Shown here piece after piece: positions 18,261 to 26,627 of a stretch of 51,419 bases of DNA (position 1 is the stretch's first letter; every line of letters begins with the position of its first letter). The DNA comes from a virus. Lineage: Duplodnaviria > Caudoviricetes. The position numbers and the translations under genes were made by a program. Under the pieces are notes generated by a model, which did no database searches, was not told the DNA's origin, and worked only from the letters and a program-made list of their open reading frames with translations. The DNA is taken from positions 1 through 51,419 of the IMG/VR virus record IMGVR_UViG_3300012943_000010; one strand, 5' to 3'.

Positions 18261-18602
18261 TTACCTCACGGTAAGGGCTTTTTTTATTCTCCAAAATCTC
18301 TTCTCGTTGTTGCAGACGTAAACCGAAATGTCCCATATCGCGGACTTCGCCGCGGTGTGAGCGACCTCGATAGGAAGCACCTCCCCGTACTTCCTTCTCT
18401 CCATAAAGAGTCGAGCCCGGAGCCAGAACTTAAAGAACCGAGCTATCGTCGGGTTCGTCGATATACCTTCGGAAAGGGTATCGTTCTCCAGGTCGATAAC
18501 CAGCGGATCGTCTCGGCTTATGTGGAGCCTAAGATCCTCGGACTTAACCGGCTTAATCTTTTCCCCGTCGATCACAAGGAACGGCTTGCTGAAGTCCTTC
18601 AC
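18261..18602 (-). CDS. Hypothetical protein
   Basis: GTGA-coupled, GGAGG RBS. Confidence 0.6.
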   Translation of the reverse strand: MKDFSKPFLVIDGEKIKPVKSEDLRLHISRDDPLVIDLENDTLSEGISTNPTIARFFKFWLRARLFMERRKYGEVLPIEVAHTAAKSAIWDISVYVCNNEKRFWRIKKALTVR

Positions 18603-18817
18603 CGGCCACCTCCTTTCCTAATCCTCTCCATCCAAGCAGCGTGCTCGGTGTCCCACATCTCGTTAAGCTCCAGGCTCTCGGTTATCACGTCCTCGGGAAC
18701 TTGGTTCTTATCCTCGTGGTATCGAGCTATCGCCGACCGAACCTCCTGCATTCGATCCTCGATCCAGAACAGTCTAGGGCGTATTCCCAGCGTAGGCCGC
18801 TTCTTATCTGCTAGCAT
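18599..18817 (-). CDS. Hypothetical protein
   Basis: Compact ORF in a coupled array. Confidence 0.6.
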   Translation of the reverse strand: MLADKKRPTLGIRPRLFWIEDRMQEVRSAIARYHEDKNQVPEDVITESLELNEMWDTEHAAWMERIRKGGGR

Positions 18818-18951
18818 TATTCACTCCGTTTGCATAAGGCCCGGAAAGGCTCGAAAGTTCCCTCTCGAAAACAACCGAAATCGGGCATGTTCGCTATAAA
18901 CATAGATCGAAAACGAGGGCCTTTCGGAAGCCATCGCGCATAAACATCGCG

Positions 18952-19200
18952 TCAGAGTGGGCGTTTCTCGGGTGAAATTCTCGAGTTTTTCACCTCCGCC
19001 TGGAGACCTTCGTTCAGTTCGCGGAGCAGTCTTTCGGCGCTCTCCCACTGGTGGCTGGTCTGATACCAGAGGATCTTTTCAACGCAGAACCGGATAACCC
19101 CGTCCCGGTCTCTCCCGCGAAGGTGGTGGTCGAGTTCCGGGAGTCGGTATATCAGGCGGCAGCGAAGCCGAGGATCGTTCTTTAAATCCTGGGTGGCCAT
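18952..19200 (-). CDS. Hypothetical protein
   Basis: ORF in a coupled array. Confidence 0.5.
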   Translation of the reverse strand: MATQDLKNDPRLRCRLIYRLPELDHHLRGRDRDGVIRFCVEKILWYQTSHQWESAERLLRELNEGLQAEVKNSRISPEKRPL

Positions 19201-19529
19201 GACCAGCTCCCCGGAGACTTATCCGGATCGTAGGGAGACCGAAGCCCGATAACCGGCTCCACATCGTTCGGCATCATCTGATTAGCGAACACCGAGAGCC
19301 ACACGTCTCCGTTATCGAATAGGCCCGACACAGTAGCCGCCAGGAGCCCGTATTTCGGATCGTGGTAGTGGACAGCCCTCCCGATTGTTGGCGCCGCTCC
19401 AGGGCGTCCTATCACCTTCGCAGGAGCTTCCAGCTCGGCTTGCTCCTTCTGGCAATCAGGACAGAGCGCCGGCCCTCCACATCTAGCGACCGCACCACTT
19501 GCATTTGGCTTAACCCAACCGTGTCCCAT
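19182..19529 (-). CDS. Hypothetical protein with N-terminal His/Cys (Zn-binding) motif
   Basis: GHGWV.PN..G..ARCGGPALCPDC, then PTIGRAVHY...GSWSWPPRI domain. Confidence 0.7.
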   Translation of the reverse strand: MGHGWVKPNASGAVARCGGPALCPDCQKEQAELEAPAKVIGRPGAAPTIGRAVHYHDPKYGLLAATVSGLFDNGDVWLSVFANQMMPNDVEPVIGLRSPYDPDKSPGSWSWPPRI

Positions 19530-19740
19530 CTCTCTCTCCTCTGTTTAATCGCTCCGGCTTCGGAGCAGGTATTCGAGCCGCCCAGAACGTCCAGGCATAC
19601 TCGGCCATCAGATAGGCTTCCTTTACCCGAGGGTTTATCGCCTTCGAGCAGTCGAGACCAGGAGCAGCGTCCCAGCCTCGCATCTTCATAAAGTGTTTCG
19701 CGAGTTCGTTGATCTCTTTCGTCGGTTTTGCACGAGCCAT
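19510..19740 (-). CDS. Hypothetical protein
   Basis: ORF in a coupled array. Confidence 0.55.
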   Translation of the reverse strand: MARAKPTKEINELAKHFMKMRGWDAAPGLDCSKAINPRVKEAYLMAEYAWTFWAARIPAPKPERLNRGERDGTRLG

Positions 19741-19844
19741 ACTATTCCCCATACAGGCATCAAAAGTTGTAGTAGCAAGACTCCCAGACCGAACGCTTGC
19801 TCCGGAGTAAGCCTCTCGATAAATCCAGCGACTCCAGACATCAT
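19686..19844 (-). CDS. Small single-pass membrane protein (52 aa; not in the ORF track)
   Basis: Manual translation MMSGVAGFIERLTPEQAFGLGVLLLQLLMPVWGIVWLVQNRRKRSTNSRNTL; ATGA-coupled. Confidence 0.5.
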   Translation of the reverse strand: MMSGVAGFIERLTPEQAFGLGVLLLQLLMPVWGIVWLVQNRRKRSTNSRNTL

Positions 19845-20323
19845 TTTTTCGGTCTCTCTTTCCAAATTTCGACTACAACCCGGATCGATTTTTGCTGCTT
19901 ATTCGGCTGGTAAAAGTTGTAAATCGTCTCGTACCTTCCGCCCCCCGGCCCTGCTTCCTCGATAGCTCCGCGAGCAACTGCAATTTCGACAGACCTTCGA
20001 ACCAGTCCGGGCTCCGACTCCCAATCGTCGTTGATGGGTACGTTGTCCGGGCGGACCTTCGGATCGAGTTTGAACTCCATGCAGTCGTGCCCGAGTTCGA
20101 CTCCGCTTACCGGGGAAACGTGGGTAAGACAGTCGCGCTCGACTCCAGGGACGGTCCTGTCGACACTGATACACTTTCCCTCGATACACGCGCTGACGAA
20201 CCGATCCGCGAAGCGTTTATCCTTCCGGATCAGTCGCGTCGTGTCTCCCTGCCAACTCATCGTTGACCAAATCACCGAAGCCATAACCACTAGCTGCATA
20301 CGTACCTCTCTCCACATCGACAT
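19841..20323 (-). CDS. Hypothetical protein
   Basis: 160-aa ORF with an RBS-like GGGAAAAG upstream. Confidence 0.55.
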   Translation of the reverse strand: MSMWREVRMQLVVMASVIWSTMSWQGDTTRLIRKDKRFADRFVSACIEGKCISVDRTVPGVERDCLTHVSPVSGVELGHDCMEFKLDPKVRPDNVPINDDWESEPGLVRRSVEIAVARGAIEEAGPGGGRYETIYNFYQPNKQQKSIRVVVEIWKERPKK

Positions 20324-20493
20324 AAATATTCTTTTCCCTTCGGATTAGAAGGGACTTCCACGCTCCAGAAACACCTAGGACAGCTCACCGCATAGAGACA
20401 GGAGTTCTTCTTAATCGGTTCAAATCCGCAATAGATTTTAACCTTCCACTCTCGGATTAGTCGGCGTGTCTTTCGGTATAGATCTTTCGGCAC
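20290..20493 (-). CDS. Small zinc-ribbon-like protein
   Basis: CPRC...CRCG. Confidence 0.4.
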   Translation of the reverse strand: MPKDLYRKTRRLIREWKVKIYCGFEPIKKNSCLYAVSCPRCFWSVEVPSNPKGKEYLCRCGERYVCS

Positions 20494-20636
20494 TGCAACT
20501 CCTGCTTAAGTCTCTCGTCGTGCAGAGCTTGTTCGTCCCAGAAACGATTACAGGCTCCGCAATACTGCTCCTTCTTGTCCCTCGGGTGCTGTGATATCCG
20601 ACCACAGCCTGGGCATTTAAACTTCTCCCAGCTCAC
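20457..20636 (-). CDS. Small zinc-finger protein (59 aa; not in the ORF track)
   Basis: Manual translation MSWEKFKCPGCGRISQHPRDKKEQYCGACNRFW...; GTGA-coupled. Confidence 0.6.
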   Translation of the reverse strand: MSWEKFKCPGCGRISQHPRDKKEQYCGACNRFWDEQALHDERLKQELQCRKIYTERHAD

Positions 20637-21283
20637 CGGATAAATCCTTCCGGGCCTGCGAGTCCCTTCTCGTGACGATCGCGCATCGAAGGGAAGTACA
20701 TTCCTTTCGCGATCACGTCGTCAGTCTCGAAGGCAACGATCATCAGTCGCGATCCTCCGGAGCGATGTCGAATACCGACTCGGTGCATATCGCGGCTGGT
20801 ATATTCGACGATCTGATTAGGTGCTGAAGTCACGAAAGGAAGCGGTTCGAGCTGAGAGACTTCGGAGAAGAACTTCCCATAGTCGGTCTCGAAAGGGAGA
20901 GCTGGAGGGAGGTCGAGAGGCTTCGACATAAAGTCGGTCTCGCACATGTTTCCCCAGGAGCAGAGCATCAGTCTCCAGTCGTCCATCGTCTTCGCAGACC
21001 TCTCTCTCCCGTCCGCGAGTCGGACGTTCACATCGATATGCCAGCCGTCTCCGAGCAGGTTCGAAGGTCTCCCGTGGAACCAGGAGGAGGGCCGAACCTG
21101 GATCACGTTCGGACGGCCCGACCAGGGGAACTGGTCGAGAGCTTCCCGGAGAGCAGGAGTACACTTCTCGTGATTTACGATCTCGTCGTAGCTGCAAGCA
21201 AAGAACTCCGGACAGTCCCAAATGTCTCGATCCGAAATCGGCTTCGTAATGTTTAGGAACCTGTGGCCGGTGTTGTAAATCAT
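20633..21283 (-). CDS. Putative 2OG-Fe(II) oxygenase-fold protein
   Basis: GWHID (HxD) ... MHR ... SRLMI (distal His and 2OG-binding Arg spacing). Confidence 0.55.
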   Translation of the reverse strand: MIYNTGHRFLNITKPISDRDIWDCPEFFACSYDEIVNHEKCTPALREALDQFPWSGRPNVIQVRPSSWFHGRPSNLLGDGWHIDVNVRLADGRERSAKTMDDWRLMLCSWGNMCETDFMSKPLDLPPALPFETDYGKFFSEVSQLEPLPFVTSAPNQIVEYTSRDMHRVGIRHRSGGSRLMIVAFETDDVIAKGMYFPSMRDRHEKGLAGPEGFIR

Positions 21284-21600
21284 GGCGCTCCCCTTCTCGA
21301 TTTCATTAATGGATACCACCAGGGCTTTTTATTTACTCGGCGCTCCTCGTCTAATTGGAGCATCCGATCCTGGATGTTTTGGATCAGTCGGGCCTTGAAT
21401 AATACCCGGCATTCTACGTTCCAAAGCTCTGCGGAGACTTCCTTAAGGACTGCTATAGCCTCGCTTCGGTGTCGCGACGGAAGGAACGAAATCCAGTCTG
21501 TAAGCTGGACGGTATCGTCTCCTATATCGATTATTTTTTCCATGAACTCAGTCGAAAGATATACCGTTCCGAACCGATCCATACTGGTCTCAACGTCCAT
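21280..21600 (-). CDS. Hypothetical protein
   Basis: TAATG-coupled, GGAGGT RBS. Confidence 0.6.
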   Translation of the reverse strand: MDVETSMDRFGTVYLSTEFMEKIIDIGDDTVQLTDWISFLPSRHRSEAIAVLKEVSAELWNVECRVLFKARLIQNIQDRMLQLDEERRVNKKPWWYPLMKSRRGAP

Positions 21601-21875
21601 TAAATCCAGACCTCCTTAATCGCAGGATCATCGTTAATCGAACGGATTAGTTTTACCATTCCGAAGGGAATTAAAGAGAGGTATTGCTCGCGGGTTTTAC
21701 AAATAAATCCGATACCCGACTGGATACCGCCATCGCTGGTGATAGTCCACTGACGGATAACGAAATGGCCTTGAGCGTCGAGGGGGTTCTCGTAGACAAC
21801 GTATTGCATAAGGACTTCGTTCGAGTGCTCGAACTTAGCTTCGGGAGAGTATGGATAGGTTGGAGGATACTGCAT
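21600..21875 (-). CDS. Hypothetical protein
   Basis: VYENPLD..GHFVIRQW...R...DDP.I.EVW pattern seen in small phage proteins. Confidence 0.6.
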   Translation of the reverse strand: MQYPPTYPYSPEAKFEHSNEVLMQYVVYENPLDAQGHFVIRQWTITSDGGIQSGIGFICKTREQYLSLIPFGMVKLIRSINDDPAIKEVWI

Positions 21876-21945
21876 AACCTTTCGGCTCCGGGTATTACGT
21901 TTAGCAATACTTATCGCCGAAAGGCTATCGGAAGTCCATCGGATC

Positions 21946-22698
21946 TTACTCGGGCTTACCGGCTGCAAGCCACGACTCGAAGTCGCCTTTCCAGGTTTGC
22001 AGGTGAGCGTGAACCCACTTGTACGTCATGTACTCTTTATCCTGCTTAGCTCTCAGAACCTCGTTCTCCGCCCAGCCTGGGAGGAACGCCCAGTCGCGTC
22101 CGCCAAGCTTGTCATACATTGCAGCTTCCAGGTGGCCGTAGAACGCAGTCGGCTCACTGAGTCCACCGACTCTCTTAAGCCATCCGTAGCTGAACGCCGA
22201 AATCGAGTTCATCACGGGGCGGCGCGTTACCATCAGGTCGATATACCCGTCGGCTTTTCGACGCTCGTACCCCCTCTCCTCCAGCTCCTTCGCGGCTTGC
22301 TCGTGGATCAGGGAAGCCCATACCACGTTCTGCTTCGAGTCTCCTCGAATAGCGCGGACGAGGGCCATATCCCAGCCCTGTCCTAACGGGTTCGTATCCG
22401 GATCGTAGGCGATAATTACGGCGTGGTCGGGTGGATTTATCTGACGCAGCGCCCAGTTAAAACCGTCGTGGAGCCCGAGGTTCTTTCCTGGATCTAAGAC
22501 CTCGATACCGTGCTCCTCGCAAATCTTTCGAAGCGCGACTCGGTTCTTCTCTTTTTTCAACGGATAGTGTTGGTCAACGAAGTAGTGTTTGTAGCGAAGC
22601 AGAGGGTTTCGAGTAGCGGCGTAAGCGGCTGCGGACTGCTTCCAAATCCGAGCTGGAACGAAGCCGAGCGTGATCGTTATAACATCGAAATCGGACAT
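21946..22698 (-). CDS. Glycosyltransferase, GT-A fold (GT2-like)
   Basis: FVDQ, KNLGLHDGFNWAL, IIAYDPD (DxD), VGGLSE..FYG..E. Confidence 0.7.
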   Translation of the reverse strand: MSDFDVITITLGFVPARIWKQSAAAYAATRNPLLRYKHYFVDQHYPLKKEKNRVALRKICEEHGIEVLDPGKNLGLHDGFNWALRQINPPDHAVIIAYDPDTNPLGQGWDMALVRAIRGDSKQNVVWASLIHEQAAKELEERGYERRKADGYIDLMVTRRPVMNSISAFSYGWLKRVGGLSEPTAFYGHLEAAMYDKLGGRDWAFLPGWAENEVLRAKQDKEYMTYKWVHAHLQTWKGDFESWLAAGKPE

Positions 22699-22729
22699 AA
22701 AAAAAGGCTCCCTGGTTTAAGAGGGAGCC
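22699..22729 (-). terminator. Rho-independent terminator overlapping the RBS of the GT2-like gene
   Basis: GGCTCCCT-N8-AGGGAGCC-T7 followed immediately by ATG 22698. Confidence 0.7.
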
Positions 22730-22804
22730 GTGTCGGGGAAGGCGTCGAACCTTCTCGAAATATATTTTACAACATTCCGGCCTACCCGGCTTGGCTCCCG
22801 ACAC
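22730..22804 (-). ncRNA. tRNA-like element (pseudo-tRNA)
   Basis: 75 nt; 8-bp acceptor GTGTCGGG/CCCGACAC, D-arm GCC..GG..GGC, T-arm GAAGG-TTCGACG-CCTTC; anticodon arm non-canonical; no CCA. Confidence 0.6.
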
Positions 22805-22812
22805 AAGGAAGC

Positions 22813-23202
22813 TTAGTTCTTTTTATTTTTCGCCTCAACCATTTGTTTCCACATCTGATGCAGGAACACCTGGAAGCTCGCGACAGTCGAGGAGTGCATG
22901 ATCGCCGACTGCCAATCGAAGCCCTCGACCTTAAGCCCGGTCACGCCCAAGAACATCGTCAGGGCGGTTATTAAAAGCAGTTTGTACGGGCCTGCGAGAT
23001 ACCCGAGCGGAGAGCGCAAGACGAAAAGGAGCACCTGGATCAGTGCCGCGATACCTCCCATGATACCTGCGCCCTTAAGCCCACCGATTGCATTTAAGAA
23101 GGTCTCCCACTGGCCCGGTTCGACCGGTGCAGTACCATCAGCGAGAGCGAAGGAAGCCGCTGTGAGAAGGAGAAGAACCAGCAAACCCTTTAACCAAGCC
23201 AT
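22813..23202 (-). CDS. Multi-pass membrane protein (holin-like)
   Basis: Signal/TM N-terminus, ~3 further hydrophobic segments, basic C-terminus. Confidence 0.55.
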   Translation of the reverse strand: MAWLKGLLVLLLLTAASFALADGTAPVEPGQWETFLNAIGGLKGAGIMGGIAALIQVLLFVLRSPLGYLAGPYKLLLITALTMFLGVTGLKVEGFDWQSAIMHSSTVASFQVFLHQMWKQMVEAKNKKN

Positions 23203-23358
23203 GTGCGAGCCTCGAAATTTTGAAAGATTTTTGTGTAACTTAATCTTAGCTGTGTAAGCCAGTTCGGGCAATGGATCAGAATTGCCTTTTGTCTTACCCT
23301 TCGGATATGCTAAAGCGACTTCGGAGCTTTTTCCTAAGGATCAAAGGAGGAGACGGTC

Positions 23359-23625
23359 GTGGGTTCTATTTTGGAGTTTAAAAGACGCAGTGTCCGAACC
23401 GACCTTCGGGGAGTTCCGGTCGAGCAGGAGCGAAGCCTCTCAATGGGAGAGCTGGAGCTTAACAGTATCGAGCTGCACGGCAAGCCAGCACTGGCCTTAA
23501 TTATGACTGATCCAAGTCACACCGGGCTCGTTTACGCTTTCGTCAACACGGACGATCTAGCGGATTTTATTCGTGACCTGACGCAGGCTCTCGGAGAGAT
23601 GAAGATCGCAGGAGGTAAGGCTTAA
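23359..23625 (+). CDS. Hypothetical protein
   Basis: AAGGAGG RBS; TTGCCT-N18-TATGCT upstream; TAATG-coupled to the acyltransferase. Confidence 0.65.
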   Translation: MGSILEFKRRSVRTDLRGVPVEQERSLSMGELELNSIELHGKPALALIMTDPSHTGLVYAFVNTDDLADFIRDLTQALGEMKIAGGKA

Positions 23626-24209
23626 TGGGTTGGATGACAGCGACTCAGCTCGCGAAGTTTAAGTCGGTCGGTCGGGAAGTAAAGATCGCAGACGATGTGG
23701 TCGTCTTCGGGCCGGAGAACATCGAAATCGGTGATAACGTCCGGATCGATACCGGATGTGTTCTCCTCGCCTCCGCAGATGGAGCCTGGATAAAGATCGG
23801 CTCCCATATTCACATCGCTTCGAGAGCTATATTCATGGCCTCGGGAGGTATCGAACTCGGTGATTTTTCGACCGTCAGCTTCCAAGCACAGCTCATATCA
23901 GCATCCGATACTTTCGACGGGAGTTATCTTATCGGGCCCGTCTTCGATCCGGAGTTTATCAAGGTTAAAAAGAGTCCTATCCGAACGCAAATGCACTGCT
24001 CGATCGCAGCCGGGAGTACGCTGCTCCCCGGCGCGTGGATGCTGGAGGGTAGCGTCCTTGGAGCTATGTCGATGCTTAAGGAGAGAACGCAGCCTTGGAC
24101 GATTTACGGTGGTGTTCCGGCTAAGCCGATCGGCACCAGGAGCCTAAAGGCCCTGGCGATGGGAGAGGAATGGGAAGCGGTATTTAATTCGAGGTATCCG
24201 AAAGATTAG
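23625..24209 (+). CDS. vioB: Left-handed beta-helix sugar N-acyltransferase (VioB/AntD-like)
   Basis: FKSVG..VKI, ENIEIGDNVRID..CVL, IGSHIHIA, D.F.G.YL.GP, GAMS, YGGVPAKPIG.RS hexapeptide architecture. Confidence 0.75.
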   Translation: MGWMTATQLAKFKSVGREVKIADDVVVFGPENIEIGDNVRIDTGCVLLASADGAWIKIGSHIHIASRAIFMASGGIELGDFSTVSFQAQLISASDTFDGSYLIGPVFDPEFIKVKKSPIRTQMHCSIAAGSTLLPGAWMLEGSVLGAMSMLKERTQPWTIYGGVPAKPIGTRSLKALAMGEEWEAVFNSRYPKD

Positions 24210-24520
24210 GAAGCGTCGAGGATAACTTCGGGCGTGTGGCTACGCCTGATCCTCATCGCCGAGGTCAGGACTGCAACGTCTATTTCGAGCCGCCGCAAGT
24301 CCTTTATCTCGTTTTTTATTTCACTGAGAACCCTGCTCTGCGACTTCCGCATTTCTGCGATATTTTTCCCCTGCTCCTTACCCACTCTGAGAGCTTCCGA
24401 AGCAGTCTTATCTGTCGCGTCGATCTTATCGATAAGGCGTTTCATAAAGAAAATCAGACACGCAAGCAGGAGCGATATAAGCGTCCCGGCTCCGCTAAGC
24501 ACTAGCTCCTGTGTTGTCAT
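24206..24520 (-). CDS. Single-TM plus coiled-coil protein (holin-like)
   Basis: N-terminal TM helix then coiled coil; last gene of the late operon. Confidence 0.55.
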   Translation of the reverse strand: MTTQELVLSGAGTLISLLLACLIFFMKRLIDKIDATDKTASEALRVGKEQGKNIAEMRKSQSRVLSEIKNEIKDLRRLEIDVAVLTSAMRIRRSHTPEVILDAS

Positions 24521-25595
24521 GATTTTTTCTCTCCGCTATATAAGATCGTGTGACCTCGACCACCCTTAAAGTCTCTCCTAGATCCACGTCCGAGGGAAGG
24601 GCACAGCAATTTTTCATCACCTCTGCCGATACCGATACCCTCTCCACATCGCGGAGTGCCGGCATTCGGGAAAGAAGCGGATAATACCGTCTGAATACGA
24701 TACCTTCTCGCTCCGAAGCGGCTTCCAGGGCTTCCGCCGGTAAGTTCCCGAGGACGCAGAGTGAAGGGAATTTTTTACCGGGAGGAACATACGCCTGGGG
24801 AAAAGCTTCCTGGTATCGGTCGAGCGTCAGCCTTTTGGCGTCGATCCTCTCCTCGACAGCTTCCAGTCCGATAGCAGAGAGGGAGTTTATCAGGAACGAG
24901 GACTTGAGCTCGTCGAGCTTCGAGTTCGATCCTCGAAGGGAAGCGATCTCCCTATTCGACAGAGTATCGAAATTGATTAAACGCTTAGCGTGCTTCGCCT
25001 GTCGTTCCGACCGGAACACAATCATTCCGCCCTCTCCGACTCCGACGTTCTTCGTAGCGTGAAAGGAATAACAGACCGGTGCTATCGTCTTCGGAAAGTT
25101 CCCGAACGCTCCTGCGAAGTCGTAGACCAGCGCGAACCCGGCTCGATCCTGCAGCAAGTCCCAAGCCAGAACATCGACCTCGTATCCGAAGGGGGAGACC
25201 ACGATAACCCCGTCGATCCTCTGCTCCCGACAGACCTTCTCGACCTCATCCGGACGGAGGCACCACGTCTTAGGATCCACCCCAGCTAAGACCGGAGTTA
25301 AACCAGCCCTCACAACCGCGAGGATGGTCCCTGAGTGCGTGAAGTCGGGGAGGAGAACCCTATCACCCGGTTCGAGCCCGAGGACGGCCAGGGCCACCTC
25401 GATAGCCGCGGTGCCGGTCGACACCGGGACGGCGTACCCCCCAGTGATCTTACACAGCCTTTTTTCGAGTCTTTCGTGGATCGCGCCGAAGTTCGTCAGC
25501 ATTCCCGAGAGGGCCGCTGACGTGAACGTAGCAATCGAGTCCGATAGGTTCGGCATGAGAGGACGGATCAGAGGTATCGACGGCGTTTCGTGCAT
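24495..25595 (-). CDS. vioA: DegT/DnrJ/EryC1/StrS PLP sugar aminotransferase (VioA-like)
   Basis: IPLIRP, LTNFG..H..LE, STGTAA, YDFAGAFG, SFHATK (PLP Lys), GEGG, GSNSKLDE, RRYYP. Confidence 0.85.
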   Translation of the reverse strand: MHETPSIPLIRPLMPNLSDSIATFTSAALSGMLTNFGAIHERLEKRLCKITGGYAVPVSTGTAAIEVALAVLGLEPGDRVLLPDFTHSGTILAVVRAGLTPVLAGVDPKTWCLRPDEVEKVCREQRIDGVIVVSPFGYEVDVLAWDLLQDRAGFALVYDFAGAFGNFPKTIAPVCYSFHATKNVGVGEGGMIVFRSERQAKHAKRLINFDTLSNREIASLRGSNSKLDELKSSFLINSLSAIGLEAVEERIDAKRLTLDRYQEAFPQAYVPPGKKFPSLCVLGNLPAEALEAASEREGIVFRRYYPLLSRMPALRDVERVSVSAEVMKNCCALPSDVDLGETLRVVEVTRSYIAERKNHDNTGASA

Positions 25596-25609
25596 TCTCG
25601 ACTGTCCTT

Positions 25610-26614
25610 TTATCCAGGGTAAACGATCTTTCCTAGAGCCCATTTTACAACGTCCTCGGGCTTCGGGAGCCAAGATCGAAGGAGCTTTTCGTCCACGTTT
25701 TCGAGACTGATTTCGTGCTTAGTGTTCGGGAGTTCCGAGACGACATCCCAGTATCCTCCGAGCCCGAGGTTCTCCATCCTCCAGCCGAACTCAGCGCCAG
25801 GGCCGCGCCAGTGAGTGATGTAGTCCGGATGCTTTACCGTTGCGATATAACCGATCCAGGTCGAGCCCGAAGCGGCCATGTGAAGCGGAGAGCTGTCGTT
25901 CGTGATAAGGACAGGCGAATGTTGCAGTAAAGCCACGCACTGCATGATGCTAAGACGACTACGAAGGTCAACACAACCAGTCGTATCCACGTCAACCGTT
26001 CCTCGATTGTCATCGCAGTTCTCCCCTATTAATACCGGCGTGATGCCGGAGTACATCAGTCGGTCGAGAACCGCGTTCCACCAGTCTTTCGGGAAGGTCT
26101 TAGAGGGCCAGTGCTTACCAGCGTGGACGACCACGTACTTCGATCCGACCAGCTCCGACAGATAATACTCGGCCACCGAAACGTCATCCGGAGAAGGGTA
26201 AAGCTGCACCGGCTTAAACTCGATAGGAAGCATGGATCGGAAGGAGCAGAGCGATGCGTAGTCAACGCAGTTCACGAGCATGTGGGACATAAACTCCCAG
26301 GTTAAATGCCCGTTCGACTGGATCGTATCGAAGATCAGATACTCCGCTGGATCATACTTTTCACGACCGCACCGCACGACGTTATCGAACGGCAGGTGCT
26401 GGAAAAGCTCGGGGAGTTCGGAGCCGAGAGTTATCCGAGCTTCCTTGAACTTATGCAGGGCATAGCGCAAGGTCGGCTCGGCACATATCTGATCGCCGAT
26501 ACCTCCCCAAGTCCTTACCATTATATTTCGTTCGACACCGTGCTCCAGGGCCATCGCGGTCCTAAAGCTCGGTATCTGCATTGCAGGAATAACTACGTTG
26601 TCTACTGGAAGCAT
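25610..26614 (-). CDS. Glycosyltransferase family 9-like (GT-B)
   Basis: GGIGDQI, VVHAG..WPSKTFP..WW, DLRSRLS, ITNDSSPLHMAA. Confidence 0.85.
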   Translation of the reverse strand: MLPVDNVVIPAMQIPSFRTAMALEHGVERNIMVRTWGGIGDQICAEPTLRYALHKFKEARITLGSELPELFQHLPFDNVVRCGREKYDPAEYLIFDTIQSNGHLTWEFMSHMLVNCVDYASLCSFRSMLPIEFKPVQLYPSPDDVSVAEYYLSELVGSKYVVVHAGKHWPSKTFPKDWWNAVLDRLMYSGITPVLIGENCDDNRGTVDVDTTGCVDLRSRLSIMQCVALLQHSPVLITNDSSPLHMAASGSTWIGYIATVKHPDYITHWRGPGAEFGWRMENLGLGGYWDVVSELPNTKHEISLENVDEKLLRSWLPKPEDVVKWALGKIVYPG

Positions 26615-26627
26615 TTGGGTCTCTCTT

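Noticed and set aside
22730-22804. Functional tRNA-Tyr(GTA) or tRNA-His
   Set aside because: No canonical 5-bp anticodon stem with 7-nt loop, missing U8 and CCA; kept only as tRNA-like
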